From IMG/VR virus record IMGVR_UViG_3300045988_148619: 52,382 nucleotides of DNA. One strand, 5' to 3'. The notes beneath the pieces are model-generated. The model saw only the letters and a program-made list of their open reading frames with translations, did not search any database and was not told where the DNA came from. The translations under genes were made by a program, and so were the position numbers. Positions 1 to 9,108 of this stretch are shown here, in pieces (position 1 is the stretch's first letter; the number at the start of each line of letters is the position of its first letter). This stretch comes from a virus.

Positions 1-55
1 ATCAATGTGTACTTCAAAATCTTGCACAGTAGATTGAAGGTTTCTTCTAACACTA
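1..55. repeat. 55-bp terminal direct repeat, identical to 52328..52382. The contig closes on itself, so the genome is circular or circularly permuted with 52,327 bp unique.
   Basis: Bases 1-55 (atcaatgtgtacttcaaaatcttgcacagtagattgaaggtttcttctaacacta) recur exactly as the last 55 bases. The length fits an assembler k-mer overlap. Confidence 0.9.
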
Positions 56-807
56 GCCCCATGCCAACCATTATCTGATGACCCATAATCTCTCCCAGTG
101 ATACCAGTACCATATTTATTTACAGCCACACTTCCCATGACTTCCCTTGGAACATCACTATCTAACACATTACCTGAAGATGACCAACCAACAGTACTAC
201 TACAATCATCATTTAAGATAACTGGATTTGTTTCAACTGAAGGCATATCCACAGAAGGCCTTTGACCCACTAATATTGTCCTTTTATCATAGTTTGTAAC
301 TTGTAAGAAATGTGCTGACTGTGTAAAGGCCACTGATATTACAGGATGGGCTTCTAAATTACCATAATTATTTATTGTTGTTATTCCAGTAAGATTATCT
401 CCTTCAAATAACTTCATTTCATCAGTGTAGGCAACAGGGTCATAACATATGAATCCTAAAGTTCCTTTGCCTACAGCAAGGATTTGGTCTAAAGAATCAG
501 AAGCTTCAGGAACAGCATAATAATATTTATCTAATTCTTCTCCTAAGTACAATTTCTTAGGCTCAGAAACATTTAAAGCACCAGCTAACACCCTTATCAA
601 GTTGTTATAAGATTGATGGTCAGAACAGATAAGGGCAATATCTATTTCTATCTCCCTAGCCCCAAATTTAAACCCTCTGTACCTTTCACCCATAGCATAA
701 GGTATGTCAGTAGTATAGTTTGTTCTTGGTGGCAAGATACTTTTTTTAACTTCTAAGACCTTTATATGTTCTGAAAAATTTATATCATTGTATATTAAGT
801 TATACAT
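1..807 (-). CDS. Distal tail protein (Dit), N-terminal part. The gene crosses the contig junction and continues at 52327..51098, about 678 aa in total.
   Basis: ATG at 807..805 follows GGAGG (814-818). The frame is open to base 1 and is in phase, through the 55-bp overlap, with ORF 51098..52354. The N-terminus MYNLIYNDINFSEHIKVLEVKKSILPPRTN looks like a siphovirus Dit (sipho_tail type). The gene lies directly downstream of the tape measure gene. Confidence 0.75.
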   Translation of the reverse strand, partial: MYNLIYNDINFSEHIKVLEVKKSILPPRTNYTTDIPYAMGERYRGFKFGAREIEIDIALICSDHQSYNNLIRVLAGALNVSEPKKLYLGEELDKYYYAVPEASDSLDQILAVGKGTLGFICYDPVAYTDEMKLFEGDNLTGITTINNYGNLEAHPVISVAFTQSAHFLQVTNYDKRTILVGQRPSVDMPSVETNPVILNDDCSSTVGWSSSGNVLDSDVPREVMGSVAVNKYGTGITGRDYGSSDNGWHGASVRRNLQSTVQDFEVHID

Positions 808-823
808 TTTAAACCTCCTAAAA

Positions 824-841
824 TTGAAAGATATTATTCAA
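824..841. repeat. 18-bp palindrome copy (TTGAAW-N6-WTTCAA family)
   Basis: ttgaaagatattattcaa, located between the TMP stop and the Dit RBS. Confidence 0.8.
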
Positions 842-876
842 AAAGGAGCATGGCCACAAAACCACACTCCTAATAA

Positions 877-3492
877 TTAAACAATACCTCTTTTTCTATT
901 TTCTCTGTCTTGTAGAGTTTTAAGCTCTCTAGCTATTCTTTTTATGTCAGCTTCTTCTCTAACTACTAACTCCCCAACATTGATAACAATGTCACCTGAG
1001 CCTGTAGCTGTAGTTGTTGCTGGTGAACCTATCATAGAAGCAACAGCACTGGCAAAAGGTTTCATCCTTCTTTTGTTTGATAAAGGAACAACAGCTTCAT
1101 CACCATTTTCCCCTACCCCTATGACACTTGCACCAGTGAATATACCCCCAGTTTGGTACCAATCTATTCCAAATGAAGGGGCTGATGGTGGATTTAAACT
1201 GAACTTACCACTGATTTTAACATGAGGTAATTTAAGCTTAGGTAATGACCAGCTGAAGTTGAAGGCACTCTTTATTTTATCTATAGTATTCTTAACTACA
1301 GATAAAGCCCCTTCCACCTTTGTCTTAATGGCATTTTTTATATTGTCAAAGATTTTACTTACTGTGTCCTTAGCTTGATTTAACTTAGTGCTGAAGGCAC
1401 TTTTTATAGTATCTAAGACAGAGCTTACCTTATCCTTAGCTTGTTGAATCTTAGAGCTTATTGCTTCATGTATTCTTGAAAATACTTGCTGTGTTATGTC
1501 CCTAGCTTGGTTGAATTTAGAGCTAAAGAAAGATTTTATATTATCTAAGATCCCACCTATGAAACTAGAAACAGCTTGCATTTTACTAGATATGTATTGG
1601 TGGATTGTTGAGAAAACTTGTGATACAAATTCCTTCACAGCTGTAAATTTATCCTTAAAGTAGTTATATACCTTTTCACAGATTTCCCTTACCTTATCAC
1701 CTATCTTGTGCATTACCTCCTGAATCTTAGACCATATTGATTCTAGAATAGGCTGTAGCCAAGATTTACAGTTCTCCCAAATTAATTTCCAAGGCACAAA
1801 TATTGATTCCATACCAAACTTAATTAAGTTGCCTATAAGCTGAAGGGCAACATCCACAACATCACAGATTGTGTCCCATGCTTGTTGGCAAGTATCTTTC
1901 ACTTTTTGCCAGCACTCACCTAGCTTGTCACCCATCTTTGAGAATGTGTCTTGAGTTGACTTTACAAAGTCTTTAAATCCTTCCACTATTCCATCTATGA
2001 TACCTCCAACAGTATCCTTAATGCTGTTCCAAAGATTGATACAGTATTCTTTTATTGCATCCCAGTTTTTATAAATTAATACACCTATACCAGCCAAAAC
2101 TGCTACAACACCAGCTACAGCTAACACTACTGGATTACAACCTGTTAACCCCATAATTGCACCTTTTAATAGTCCAAACATACCTGATATGGATTTAACA
2201 GTTTTAAGAGCTTCTATACCCTTCTTAACACCTTGGAAAGCTGGGATTAATTTACCTAATGCCCCCTTAACACCTATGAAAGTACCTATAGAAGTTCCAA
2301 AGACAGTGATAATATCCCCATACTTCTTCCAAAAACTTTCCAGTGCTGGTAAAAGATTGTTTATACCTTCTGAAAGCTTTTCAATTAAGTCAGACAGAGG
2401 TTCTTCTACCTTAGACCCAATCTTTATGAGTAAACCCTCCCAAGCTGATTCAAGTCCCCTTATAGCCCCACCAAGACCTGATTCCATTGTGTTGGCTGTA
2501 TCTTCAGCAAAGCCACTACAATTATACAGCTCTTCAGTCAGCTTAGGTAAATCATCAGTTGAAGCATTAACAAGTGCCAAGAATCCTGACATTGATTCAG
2601 ACCCAGCTATTTGTTTTGCTGTAGCAACTTGTTGGGTTTCAGATAATCCAGCAAACTTTTCTTTAAGTAAAGGGAGGAATGAGCCTAAGTCTTTACATCC
2701 AGCTTCTACATCAGCAGTAGATAATCCTAATGTTTGGAATCCTTTTGTAACTTCAGCAGTAGGACTTGCCAATCTACTCAGAATATTTTTAAGGGCATTC
2801 CCTCCACTACCAGCCTTAATACCATTATTTGCCATGATACCCAGCATAGCAGAAGCCTGCTCTATGTCCAACCCAAAAGCACTAGCTGTTGCCCCAGCAT
2901 ATTTCATCCCTTCTCCAAGTTGCTGTACATTTGTATTGGCACTTGCCTGAACCTTAGCAAACACATCTGAAGCCCTAGCAGTATCTTCAGCAGTCAGGTT
3001 AAACATTGACATACTATCTGTTAAAATATCTGAAGTGGTTGCTAAATCTAGGGCTGAAGCACTTGATAGTGAAAGTACTCCCCCAACTCCATCCATGATT
3101 TCTTGGCAATTCATTCCACTTAAAGCCATATAACCCATTGCATCAGCAACATCTGAAGCACTGTGGGCTGTAGTTGAACCATACTCAATTGCAACATTTT
3201 TCATTGCATTGAATTCACCCTGTGTTGCACTTGACAGGGCTTTTACACTAAGCATTGAATCAGAGAATGTAGATGTAGTATTAATTACACTCTTACCAAA
3301 TCCAACAACCTTATCTACAGCAAAAGCTGTCCCAATAGCCTTTCCAACCTTACTCAAAGCCCCATCCATAGATGAAGAACTTTTGGAAGTAGTATCAGAC
3401 AGACCTTGAATACTTGACTGAGCCTGTTTTAATCCTTTCTCAAGATTACTAATGTCAGCCTGTAATTTTACAATTACATCATTTGATGCCAT
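877..3492 (-). CDS. Tail tape measure protein
   Basis: 871 aa. ATG follows GGTGGA. The TP901-type core reads [13 protein letters not shown]...[49 protein letters not shown]. There is a central TM-like segment and C-terminal ~25-aa K/S/I-rich repeats. The gene sits after the tail chaperones. Confidence 0.9.
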   Translation of the reverse strand: MASNDVIVKLQADISNLEKGLKQAQSSIQGLSDTTSKSSSSMDGALSKVGKAIGTAFAVDKVVGFGKSVINTTSTFSDSMLSVKALSSATQGEFNAMKNVAIEYGSTTAHSASDVADAMGYMALSGMNCQEIMDGVGGVLSLSSASALDLATTSDILTDSMSMFNLTAEDTARASDVFAKVQASANTNVQQLGEGMKYAGATASAFGLDIEQASAMLGIMANNGIKAGSGGNALKNILSRLASPTAEVTKGFQTLGLSTADVEAGCKDLGSFLPLLKEKFAGLSETQQVATAKQIAGSESMSGFLALVNASTDDLPKLTEELYNCSGFAEDTANTMESGLGGAIRGLESAWEGLLIKIGSKVEEPLSDLIEKLSEGINNLLPALESFWKKYGDIITVFGTSIGTFIGVKGALGKLIPAFQGVKKGIEALKTVKSISGMFGLLKGAIMGLTGCNPVVLAVAGVVAVLAGIGVLIYKNWDAIKEYCINLWNSIKDTVGGIIDGIVEGFKDFVKSTQDTFSKMGDKLGECWQKVKDTCQQAWDTICDVVDVALQLIGNLIKFGMESIFVPWKLIWENCKSWLQPILESIWSKIQEVMHKIGDKVREICEKVYNYFKDKFTAVKEFVSQVFSTIHQYISSKMQAVSSFIGGILDNIKSFFSSKFNQARDITQQVFSRIHEAISSKIQQAKDKVSSVLDTIKSAFSTKLNQAKDTVSKIFDNIKNAIKTKVEGALSVVKNTIDKIKSAFNFSWSLPKLKLPHVKISGKFSLNPPSAPSFGIDWYQTGGIFTGASVIGVGENGDEAVVPLSNKRRMKPFASAVASMIGSPATTTATGSGDIVINVGELVVREEADIKRIARELKTLQDRENRKRGIV

Positions 3493-3517
3493 ATTTTTTC
3501 CACCTTTCAGTTTATTT

Positions 3518-3535
3518 TTGAAAATTATTTTTCAA
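3518..3535. repeat. 18-bp palindrome copy (TTGAAW-N6-WTTCAA family)
   Basis: ttgaaaattatttttcaa, between the terminator at 3547-3582 and the TMP RBS. Confidence 0.8.
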
Positions 3536-3546
3536 ATTTGAATAAT

Positions 3547-3582
3547 AAAAAAAGGCTGTCAGGAATATCACCCAACAGCCCC
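3547..3582 (-). terminator. Intrinsic terminator between the tail chaperone and tape measure genes
   Basis: On the minus strand, GGCTGT..(loop)..ACAGCC is followed by TTTTTTT. Confidence 0.6.
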
Positions 3583-3590
3583 TAAAAGAA

Positions 3591-4213
3591 TTATGACAGT
3601 CCAAAAGTTGCCATTAATTCATCTTGTAATTTTTTCTTTTCTTCAGGATCAATTCCCTTAGCCCTAACCTTTTCTTGTTCCCTTTGCTTTTCTAAAGGGA
3701 TGTATAAATCTTCAGGCTTAATTTTCTTTTTATAGTTGCCTGTACTATTCATTAATAAAGCTGTTTGCCATGACAACATAATCATCTGCATATCAAAGGC
3801 TTCTTCCTCAGCCTTAGTATGTGCTAGAACCATATCACACAAGATACTAAGGTCAAGATTATAAACCTCTGAAGGCTTCAGTCCTAATTTGCCATAAGCC
3901 CAGTACTTTATTTCAGAAGTATTAGATAGTCCTAAGATTATTGCAAACCCCCAAAGGCTTGACCTATAGCCTCAGAAACAGCTTGTATATCACCAAAGCC
4001 TATCATTTCACCTACAGCTTCAACTGTTAGGTCTTTGTCCTCATGTATTAGTCCAGCATAGACTAACACTTTTAAAGTTTTCATTGATATATTTTGTGTT
4101 ATCTTGTCTAATGTAGACCCAGTTAAATCCTCTATAATCTCTAAAGAGTTTAAATTATAATGTAAATGTCTTTCTTGACCAGCTAACTCTATTTTTACCA
4201 TGTTCTTTTTCAT
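3591..4213 (-). CDS. Tail assembly chaperone G-T fusion made by a programmed -1 frameshift
   Basis: The -1 frame is open from 3971 down to the stop at 3591 and overlaps the end of ORF 3938..4213. The slippery heptamer G_GGT_TTG lies in the overlap. The gene occupies the canonical position between the major tail and TMP genes. Confidence 0.6.
3938..4213 (-). CDS. Tail assembly chaperone (gpG-like)
   Basis: 91 aa. ATG follows GGGAGA. It lies immediately downstream of the major tail protein gene, with a frameshift partner downstream. Confidence 0.7.
   Translation of the reverse strand: MKKNMVKIELAGQERHLHYNLNSLEIIEDLTGSTLDKITQNISMKTLKVLVYAGLIHEDKDLTVEAVGEMIGFGDIQAVSEAIGQAFGGLQ
3944..3950 (-). 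promoter_or_regulatory. Candidate -1 ribosomal slippery site GGGTTTG
   Basis: The minus strand reads GCC TTT GGG GGT TTG CAA TAA. The heptamer G GGT TTG fits the X XXY YYZ pattern. After slippage the frame reads GGG TTT GCA ATA ATC, continuing into the 3591 frame. Confidence 0.55.
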
Positions 4214-4248
4214 AATTAATTTTCTCCCATCCTTATTTTAAGTTTAAA

Positions 4249-4689
4249 TTATTTGCTCTTTTTAGCTCTCATCTCTGAGTTCTTAGCTCTTTTTAAAGGT
4301 GAAGCCCCCTGTAAAGTTAGTGAGTAAGTAACAGCATCATCTTGTGGAAATTCTTCAGGAAAATCTGTTATAACCACTTTACCTGTGTAAGTATATCCAT
4401 CAGTATCTCCCACTTTTATTTCAACATCTATAGCCTTTCTTTCATCAAAAGCAGTATGTAATTCCTCAAAGCCCTCATCTCCTAAGCAAACAAACCCTTC
4501 ACAGTCTAAAGACCAAGATTTAAGACCCATTATTGATTCAGTCCAACCTTCTGAAGTCTTGTCAGACACATCTATTGTTTCAGCACTTCTTGATAATGAA
4601 GCACCCTTTTGTCCTCCTATTGCTACAAAAGAACCACCATTTTTCTTAATTTTTAATAAAACATCTACACCAGCAATCTTTTTAGCCAT
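4249..4689 (-). CDS. Major tail (tube) protein
   Basis: ATG at 4689 lies 8 nt after AGGTGG; the ORF-track start at 4701 is a GTG inside the RBS. MAKKIAGVDVLLKIKKNGGSFVAIGGQKGASLSRSAETIDVSDKTSEGW matches the TP901-1/phi13-type tail tube pattern. Confidence 0.8.
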   Translation of the reverse strand: MAKKIAGVDVLLKIKKNGGSFVAIGGQKGASLSRSAETIDVSDKTSEGWTESIMGLKSWSLDCEGFVCLGDEGFEELHTAFDERKAIDVEIKVGDTDGYTYTGKVVITDFPEEFPQDDAVTYSLTLQGASPLKRAKNSEMRAKKSK

Positions 4690-4713
4690 GTTTTTATCCA
4701 CCTTTCTTTAAAA

Positions 4714-4731
4714 TTGAAAAGTATCTTTCAA
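4714..4731. repeat. 18-bp palindrome copy (TTGAAW-N6-WTTCAA family)
   Basis: ttgaaaagtatctttcaa. Confidence 0.8.
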
Positions 4732-4748
4732 AAACAGCTACAGTGAAA

Positions 4749-4766
4749 TTGAAAAACACTTTTCAA
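4749..4766. repeat. 18-bp palindrome copy (TTGAAW-N6-WTTCAA family)
   Basis: ttgaaaaacacttttcaa. Confidence 0.8.
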
Positions 4767-4772
4767 AAGTTG

Positions 4773-5147
4773 TTATATTTTTGTTGTCAATACCCTGAAA
4801 TCTACAGAAAAGATAAATTCACCTGTCTGAGTTTCACCCACAAATATGGGCTGTGGTGTACTAACTCTCAATAGAATCAGCTGATATTTTCCATCAGCAA
4901 ATTCTTTATTTGTAACCATGTTTAATTTATTTATACAATCTATTGCTGAAGCTTCAGCCTTAGCTGGATGATTCTCAGACTTAAACATCAACTGAATATT
5001 AAAGTCCTGAACCCCACCTGTTTCAACAATGCCTGAAAGTATTTCTAATTTAACAAAATTCCCTTTTGTAAAGCTGGGGAAATTAACAGCATATATTTCT
5101 TGACCTGATAACTCAGTCAATAATTTTGCTAACTCAATCACACTCAT
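4773..5147 (-). CDS. Tail terminator / tail completion protein (assigned by synteny)
   Basis: 124 aa. ATG follows AAGGAGAG. It is the last of four small head-tail joining genes before the tail tube gene. Confidence 0.5.
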   Translation of the reverse strand: MSVIELAKLLTELSGQEIYAVNFPSFTKGNFVKLEILSGIVETGGVQDFNIQLMFKSENHPAKAEASAIDCINKLNMVTNKEFADGKYQLILLRVSTPQPIFVGETQTGEFIFSVDFRVLTTKI

Positions 5148-5158
5148 AAAAGCTCTCC

Positions 5159-5602
5159 TTACTTAACAAAGCCACCCAGCTTGATAGCAACATCAACCTT
5201 ATCCTGAATATGCTCCTTATATCCTTTTTCACAACTTTTGATTGTATCTGATAGGTAACCAGCCCCAACTTTCATGGTGCCTTTACTAAATTGGCTTCTA
5301 ACTCCTGAAGCTGATTTGCTTTTAGACTTTTCACCTAAATTATATTTTCCAGTGTCCATCTTATAAGCATAGTTGTAACCCCTTTTAACAGCCCTAAAAG
5401 ATACCTCACCAGTAATACTAGAACCAGTAGAAACCCTAGAGGTTCCTGACTGCTCCAGTGTTCCTGAATCAGTTGGTGACCTTAAAGAAGCAACCCTTAA
5501 AAGGTCATTAGTGCAGTCAGTGATGGCTGTTTTAACCTGTGTTTTAACTCCATTTTGCAAAGCCATGAAGCCCTTAACAGGTAAAATTATTTCTATAGCC
5601 AT
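5159..5602 (-). CDS. HK97 gp10-like head-tail joining protein
   Basis: 147 aa with an AAGGAG RBS. The segment LLRVASLRSPTDSGTLEQSGTSRV and the gene's position fit the gp10 family. Confidence 0.55.
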   Translation of the reverse strand: MAIEIILPVKGFMALQNGVKTQVKTAITDCTNDLLRVASLRSPTDSGTLEQSGTSRVSTGSSITGEVSFRAVKRGYNYAYKMDTGKYNLGEKSKSKSASGVRSQFSKGTMKVGAGYLSDTIKSCEKGYKEHIQDKVDVAIKLGGFVK

Positions 5603-5613
5603 TTAATCACTCC

Positions 5614-5925
5614 TTAAACAGTAACCTTAGTCACTAAAACCTTCCTTGAAAGGTCTTTAATTTCTACCCTTTTCAGAACTTCTTTAGTTTCTCCTTCTAC
5701 CTCTAGCAAGTCCCCCACTTTAATGGCAACAGCACCATTGAAGGAAATATCATAAGTAGGTAATACTTGTTTTCCTCCAGTGTCCTGTAAGCCTGTAGAA
5801 GTTTGAGAAGCTTTTATATAGCATTTAATAAGCTCCTTTTCTTCTGAAGTAGTGGGAAGTCCCCAAGAATCAAACCCACCTTTAGAAAGTAGATAAATGG
5901 ATTCCTTTTCAGGTAATAACTTCAT
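5614..5925 (-). CDS. Head closure protein (assigned by synteny)
   Basis: 103 aa, between the connector and the gp10-like gene. Confidence 0.45.
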   Translation of the reverse strand: MKLLPEKESIYLLSKGGFDSWGLPTTSEEKELIKCYIKASQTSTGLQDTGGKQVLPTYDISFNGAVAIKVGDLLEVEGETKEVLKRVEIKDLSRKVLVTKVTV

Positions 5926-5928
5926 ACC

Positions 5929-6330
5929 TTAGCACCACCCTTTTCTTCTACTATCAAATAATGATGTTGAATACCTTGCTGTTTTCCTTTTCATATTCCA
6001 ACCTGAAGATAGATTGTGATAATCCAATAGGAAAGGGCATAGGCTGTTATCCTTAGCTGATATAGTGACATTGATCCCATCTATACTGAAATAAGTAACA
6101 CCCATTTCTGATTTCTGAATCATTTCATCTAACTTCAAAAGCCATACACACTGTTCAGCCAAGTGTTCAACTGGAACCCCTTCTGTATAAGCTTTAGGGA
6201 ACAGCCTTTCCAGTGTTCTTTTAGCATGATTAACAGCTTTAGACCTTTGTTTTTCTTCTGCTGAATCCCATGCTTCAGTGTGTATTATATTTTCATCTAT
6301 GAACTCATGTACTTGTTGCACTAAATCCAT
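5929..6330 (-). CDS. Head-tail connector (gp6/gp15-like) protein
   Basis: 133 aa. It is the first gene after the major capsid terminator, preceded by a GGGGGTG RBS. Confidence 0.5.
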   Translation of the reverse strand: MDLVQQVHEFIDENIIHTEAWDSAEEKQRSKAVNHAKRTLERLFPKAYTEGVPVEHLAEQCVWLLKLDEMIQKSEMGVTYFSIDGINVTISAKDNSLCPFLLDYHNLSSGWNMKRKTARYSTSLFDSRRKGWC

Positions 6331-6354
6331 TTAATACACCCCCAAATATCCAAA

Positions 6355-6379
6355 TAAAAAAGGAAGCCTTTCAGCTTCC
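6355..6379 (-). terminator. Intrinsic terminator after the major capsid gene
   Basis: Minus strand GGAAGC tgaaag GCTTCC, followed by TTTTTT. Confidence 0.7.
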
Positions 6380-6396
6380 CTAATTATTAATTATGA

Positions 6397-7278
6397 CTAC
6401 TTAACAGCTTTCCCTTTAGCTTTAGCTCTTGAAACATTGCTTATTTCTAATACAGAGAAGCAATTTTTATGTTTAGTAGCTAAACCACAGTAGAACTCTA
6501 TTCTTGTTCTGTAGCAAGGTTTAGTATCTAATTCACCTAAATCCCTAGCTTGAACACCACCATTTGATAATCCATGTACATATGAATCAGTACCAAATTT
6601 AACAGCATATATTTTATTTTTAGGTATTAAAGAATCCTCAACTGGAACTATCTCAACCCCACCATACATAGCTACTGGTCTACCAAAAGCATCTGAACCA
6701 TTTTCTATATAGTGTTGATTTTCTTGAAGAAGTTTCATAACTTCCCTTCTCATTGTTTTACTCATAAACATAGCATCTGCACCATCTACTACATTATCAA
6801 GTAATTCATTTAAAGCATCTAAAGTTAAATCATCTTCAGTTTGTTTAGTACCAGCTACATCACCAGTTTGTCTAGCATCTAAACCTTTTAAAGCATCAGA
6901 TGTTCCAGCACCAGTGAAGAAGTCTTTTTCAAATTGTCTAGCAACAGCTTTAGCTTTTAATTCTGTTTGCATAGCTCTTAATTCATTTAAATTTGAATGT
7001 GTTCTTGTTAGGTAAACATCCACATCAGCATCTCCACCTAATATAACTAAGTGTTCCACTGTTTGTTTTGGTTCAGCTGTACTTTCAGTGTAAGTACCAT
7101 TTACAGCTCTGTATTGTACAGAAGGTAATTCCTCCACTACATTGTAAGCATATCCTGACCCCATAACTTCTATGAAAGGTAATCTTTGTAATACTCCTGA
7201 AGTTTTAGCCATAGTTTCTATGACACCCCTTTGGAGCATATCTTGTGTTAATAATTTTGCTTCATTTAATAATAACAT
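6397..7278 (-). CDS. Major capsid protein
   Basis: 293 aa with a strong AGGAGG RBS. It follows the scaffold gene and is followed by a terminator. Flanking terminators fit high expression. Confidence 0.75.
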   Translation of the reverse strand: MLLLNEAKLLTQDMLQRGVIETMAKTSGVLQRLPFIEVMGSGYAYNVVEELPSVQYRAVNGTYTESTAEPKQTVEHLVILGGDADVDVYLTRTHSNLNELRAMQTELKAKAVARQFEKDFFTGAGTSDALKGLDARQTGDVAGTKQTEDDLTLDALNELLDNVVDGADAMFMSKTMRREVMKLLQENQHYIENGSDAFGRPVAMYGGVEIVPVEDSLIPKNKIYAVKFGTDSYVHGLSNGGVQARDLGELDTKPCYRTRIEFYCGLATKHKNCFSVLEISNVSRAKAKGKAVK

Positions 7279-7308
7279 TAACTAATTCCTCCTAAAATTT
7301 CTTTAATA

Positions 7309-7339
7309 TAAAAAAGACTGTGGCAATCTTGCACCACAG
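7309..7339 (-). terminator. Intrinsic terminator after the scaffold gene
   Basis: Minus strand CTGTGG tgcaagattg CCACAG, followed by tcTTTTTT. Confidence 0.6.
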
Positions 7340-7354
7340 CACTTGTGTTATTTC

Positions 7355-7903
7355 TTATTTCTTAATTGAGTTGTAAGCCATTCTTAATAACTCTCCCCCT
7401 GACAGCTTAGCTGTATCTACAGCTGGAACATCTACATTTAAGGGCTTCCCTATTTCCACATTTGGTTTTTTCTTTTCTTCCTTAGTAAATAAACCTTTAG
7501 CTTCAGCCTTTTCTAACCATGATAATTTACCTTTAAGGTCTAAGTTATCAGGAATCAAGTCCCTATAATCTTCAGGTACCTGTTCCATCTTTGTTTCAAC
7601 CATCTTAGTTATTAAATCCTCATATTCTTTTATAACAGTATCTTTTTGAGAAGCTTCATTTTTTAGAGTTTCTATAGTAGCATTTAAGCCCTCTATTTCA
7701 GCCACTTTCTTATTAGCTTCTTCAAGTTCTTTTCTTACAGATTGTAATTCTGAATTGTTTTGATCCTGTACTTCTTCTTGTTTAGATTCCTCTTTCTTAG
7801 GCTCCTTTTTAGGTTCCTCTTGTTTTGGTTCTTCCTTTTTAGGCTCAGCTATTTCTGTTGGTTCTTCAGTTTTAACTGGCTCTTTAACTTCATTATTTTC
7901 CAC
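7355..7903 (-). CDS. Capsid scaffolding protein
   Basis: Rich in E and K with coiled-coil character (EEPKKEEPKQEEPKKEPKKEE). The likely start is GTG at 7903, 7 nt after GAGGGGGA. The ORF-track TTG at 7930 overlaps the promoter -10 box. Confidence 0.7.
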   Translation of the reverse strand: MENNEVKEPVKTEEPTEIAEPKKEEPKQEEPKKEPKKEESKQEEVQDQNNSELQSVRKELEEANKKVAEIEGLNATIETLKNEASQKDTVIKEYEDLITKMVETKMEQVPEDYRDLIPDNLDLKGKLSWLEKAEAKGLFTKEEKKKPNVEIGKPLNVDVPAVDTAKLSGGELLRMAYNSIKK

Positions 7904-7929
7904 ACTTATTTCCCCCTCATTATTTTGCA

Positions 7930-7958
7930 ATAGTAACCAGCTGGTCAGGTCCTGTCAA
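7930..7958 (-). promoter_or_regulatory. SigmaA-type promoter for the scaffold and capsid genes
   Basis: Minus strand TTGACA (7958..7953), a 17-nt spacer, then TACTAT (7935..7930). Confidence 0.55.
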
Positions 7959-8092
7959 TCAAAGGAGAACCAGCTAGCTCTTTTAAAATAAGGAAGGGAA
8001 GGGACAGTAAAGCCTGTCCTTGTTGTTTCCCCACCTTCTCATATACACCTTTAACAACTTGTGACAAAAACAAGTAATTTTTTTATAAATTT

Positions 8093-9088
8093 TTATTTTT
8101 TTCTTTTGACTGCTGTCACACTCTTTAATCCTCTAACCTTTTCATTGTGCCTATCTATGTCCTCTTGTGGTAATAAAGATATATCACCCACTGGGAAAGG
8201 AGAATGAACACACCTAGGATGAAATATAAGCCCTGTAGACTGTAGGCTGTCATATGTAGGGAAGCCTTTGGCTGTACCAGTTAGGGATATCAACATCCCC
8301 TCAAAGTATCTACAGCTATCTTTTGCCCCCTTCTCAGGGATAACAGCCATATCAAAGCCTGTTTCTACTGCTCTATCCTTTAGACCTTCCACATATGCCT
8401 GATTTAGCTTTGTCTTAACAGCCATGTCAACATAATTCTTAGTACTCCATTTCCTTCCTGACTTATCAACCAGCCCTATGAATCCTTTCTTATTTAGAGA
8501 ATCCTTTAGCCCATTTCTTGAAAGTTCTTTTTCAATAATCTTTTTAATCTCTTTCTGATTTTCTTCTTTTAAGGTATGATATTGTAAATTCTTACTGAAC
8601 ACTTCCCTGACAAGCTTCTTCAATTCTTTTGAAGTGTGTTGAGTAGTGAATAGTAAATCATCCATTGTATCCTGTACTATCTGTTCCATTTTAAAGGTGT
8701 TTAAGGTAGAGTAAGGAACAGCACCCTTTAAGGCTTCAATATCCTTTATAGTTTCACTGGCTAAAGCATGAAACAACTTGGCTGTCACATAAGATTCCTC
8801 TAGCTCCTGTTTAACCACCTGAGCCACAACACTGTCCAACTCTGTCATCCTCTTTTCAATTAATTGCATTAAAGCCAAATGTGACTGATAAGAAGGGGAA
8901 GATAATACCCCAAAATTATCAGCTAGTTGACCATGAAGCTCTTTAAATATCTTCTTATATGCTGTTGCATACTTCTTTGATATAGCTTCTGAAGATGTTT
9001 CAATCCTTCTTGCTGGTATATTTTGATTACCCTTTCTATGAAGTTTCATAACCTCAGCCAAAAGCTTATTAAATTCTTTTTCAGTCAT
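8093..9088 (-). CDS. Minor head / head morphogenesis protein (SPP1 gp7-like)
   Basis: 331 aa, directly after the portal gene, with a GGGGAGGA RBS. The C-terminal HPRCVHSPFP motif is typical of this family. Confidence 0.65.
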   Translation of the reverse strand: MTEKEFNKLLAEVMKLHRKGNQNIPARRIETSSEAISKKYATAYKKIFKELHGQLADNFGVLSSPSYQSHLALMQLIEKRMTELDSVVAQVVKQELEESYVTAKLFHALASETIKDIEALKGAVPYSTLNTFKMEQIVQDTMDDLLFTTQHTSKELKKLVREVFSKNLQYHTLKEENQKEIKKIIEKELSRNGLKDSLNKKGFIGLVDKSGRKWSTKNYVDMAVKTKLNQAYVEGLKDRAVETGFDMAVIPEKGAKDSCRYFEGMLISLTGTAKGFPTYDSLQSTGLIFHPRCVHSPFPVGDISLLPQEDIDRHNEKVRGLKSVTAVKRKK

Positions 9089-9108
9089 GGTATTCCTCCC
9101 CTAAAATT

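Larger units (their letters stand above)
4710..4770. repeat. Double-palindrome cassette, diverged copy, upstream of the tail tube gene
   Basis: Two 18-bp palindromes (4714-4731, 4749-4766) flank the spacer aaacagctacagtgaa. The architecture matches 10648-10712 and 45541-45606. Confidence 0.7.

Noticed and set aside
944-3409. Plus-strand ORFs inside the tape measure gene (944..1225, 2189..2950, 2734..2970, 3209..3409).
   Set aside because: These are antisense shadow ORFs within a well-supported 871-aa minus-strand gene. They lack RBSs and have low-complexity S/P/L-rich translations. The same reasoning applies to other antisense ORFs in the track, including 9023..9289, 10421..10606, 11639..11842, 13161..13352, 13771..13956, 15742..15933, 17968..18359, 18802..19026, 19663..19919, 20702..20917, 21333..21752, 24162..24389, 25761..25955, 29697..29879, 31547..31806, 31914..32207, 34936..35181, 36006..36230, 37409..37600, 37899..38117, 38988..39173, 40551..40733, 41845..42081, 44642..44842, 45103..45348, 46343..46546, 47281..47706, 48454..48732, 50274..50474, 51438..51701 and 52122..52364.
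4714-4731. Equating the 18-bp palindrome with a known operator such as a catabolite cre site, a CodY box or a LexA/Cheo box.
   Set aside because: The cre core is a 14-mer (TGAAAGCGCTTTCA-like) with a central CG, whereas here the arms are 16 nt apart edge to edge and the centre is A/T. The CodY box has the arms in the opposite order (TTTTC..GAAAA). The Cheo box is GAAC-N4-GTTC. None fits.
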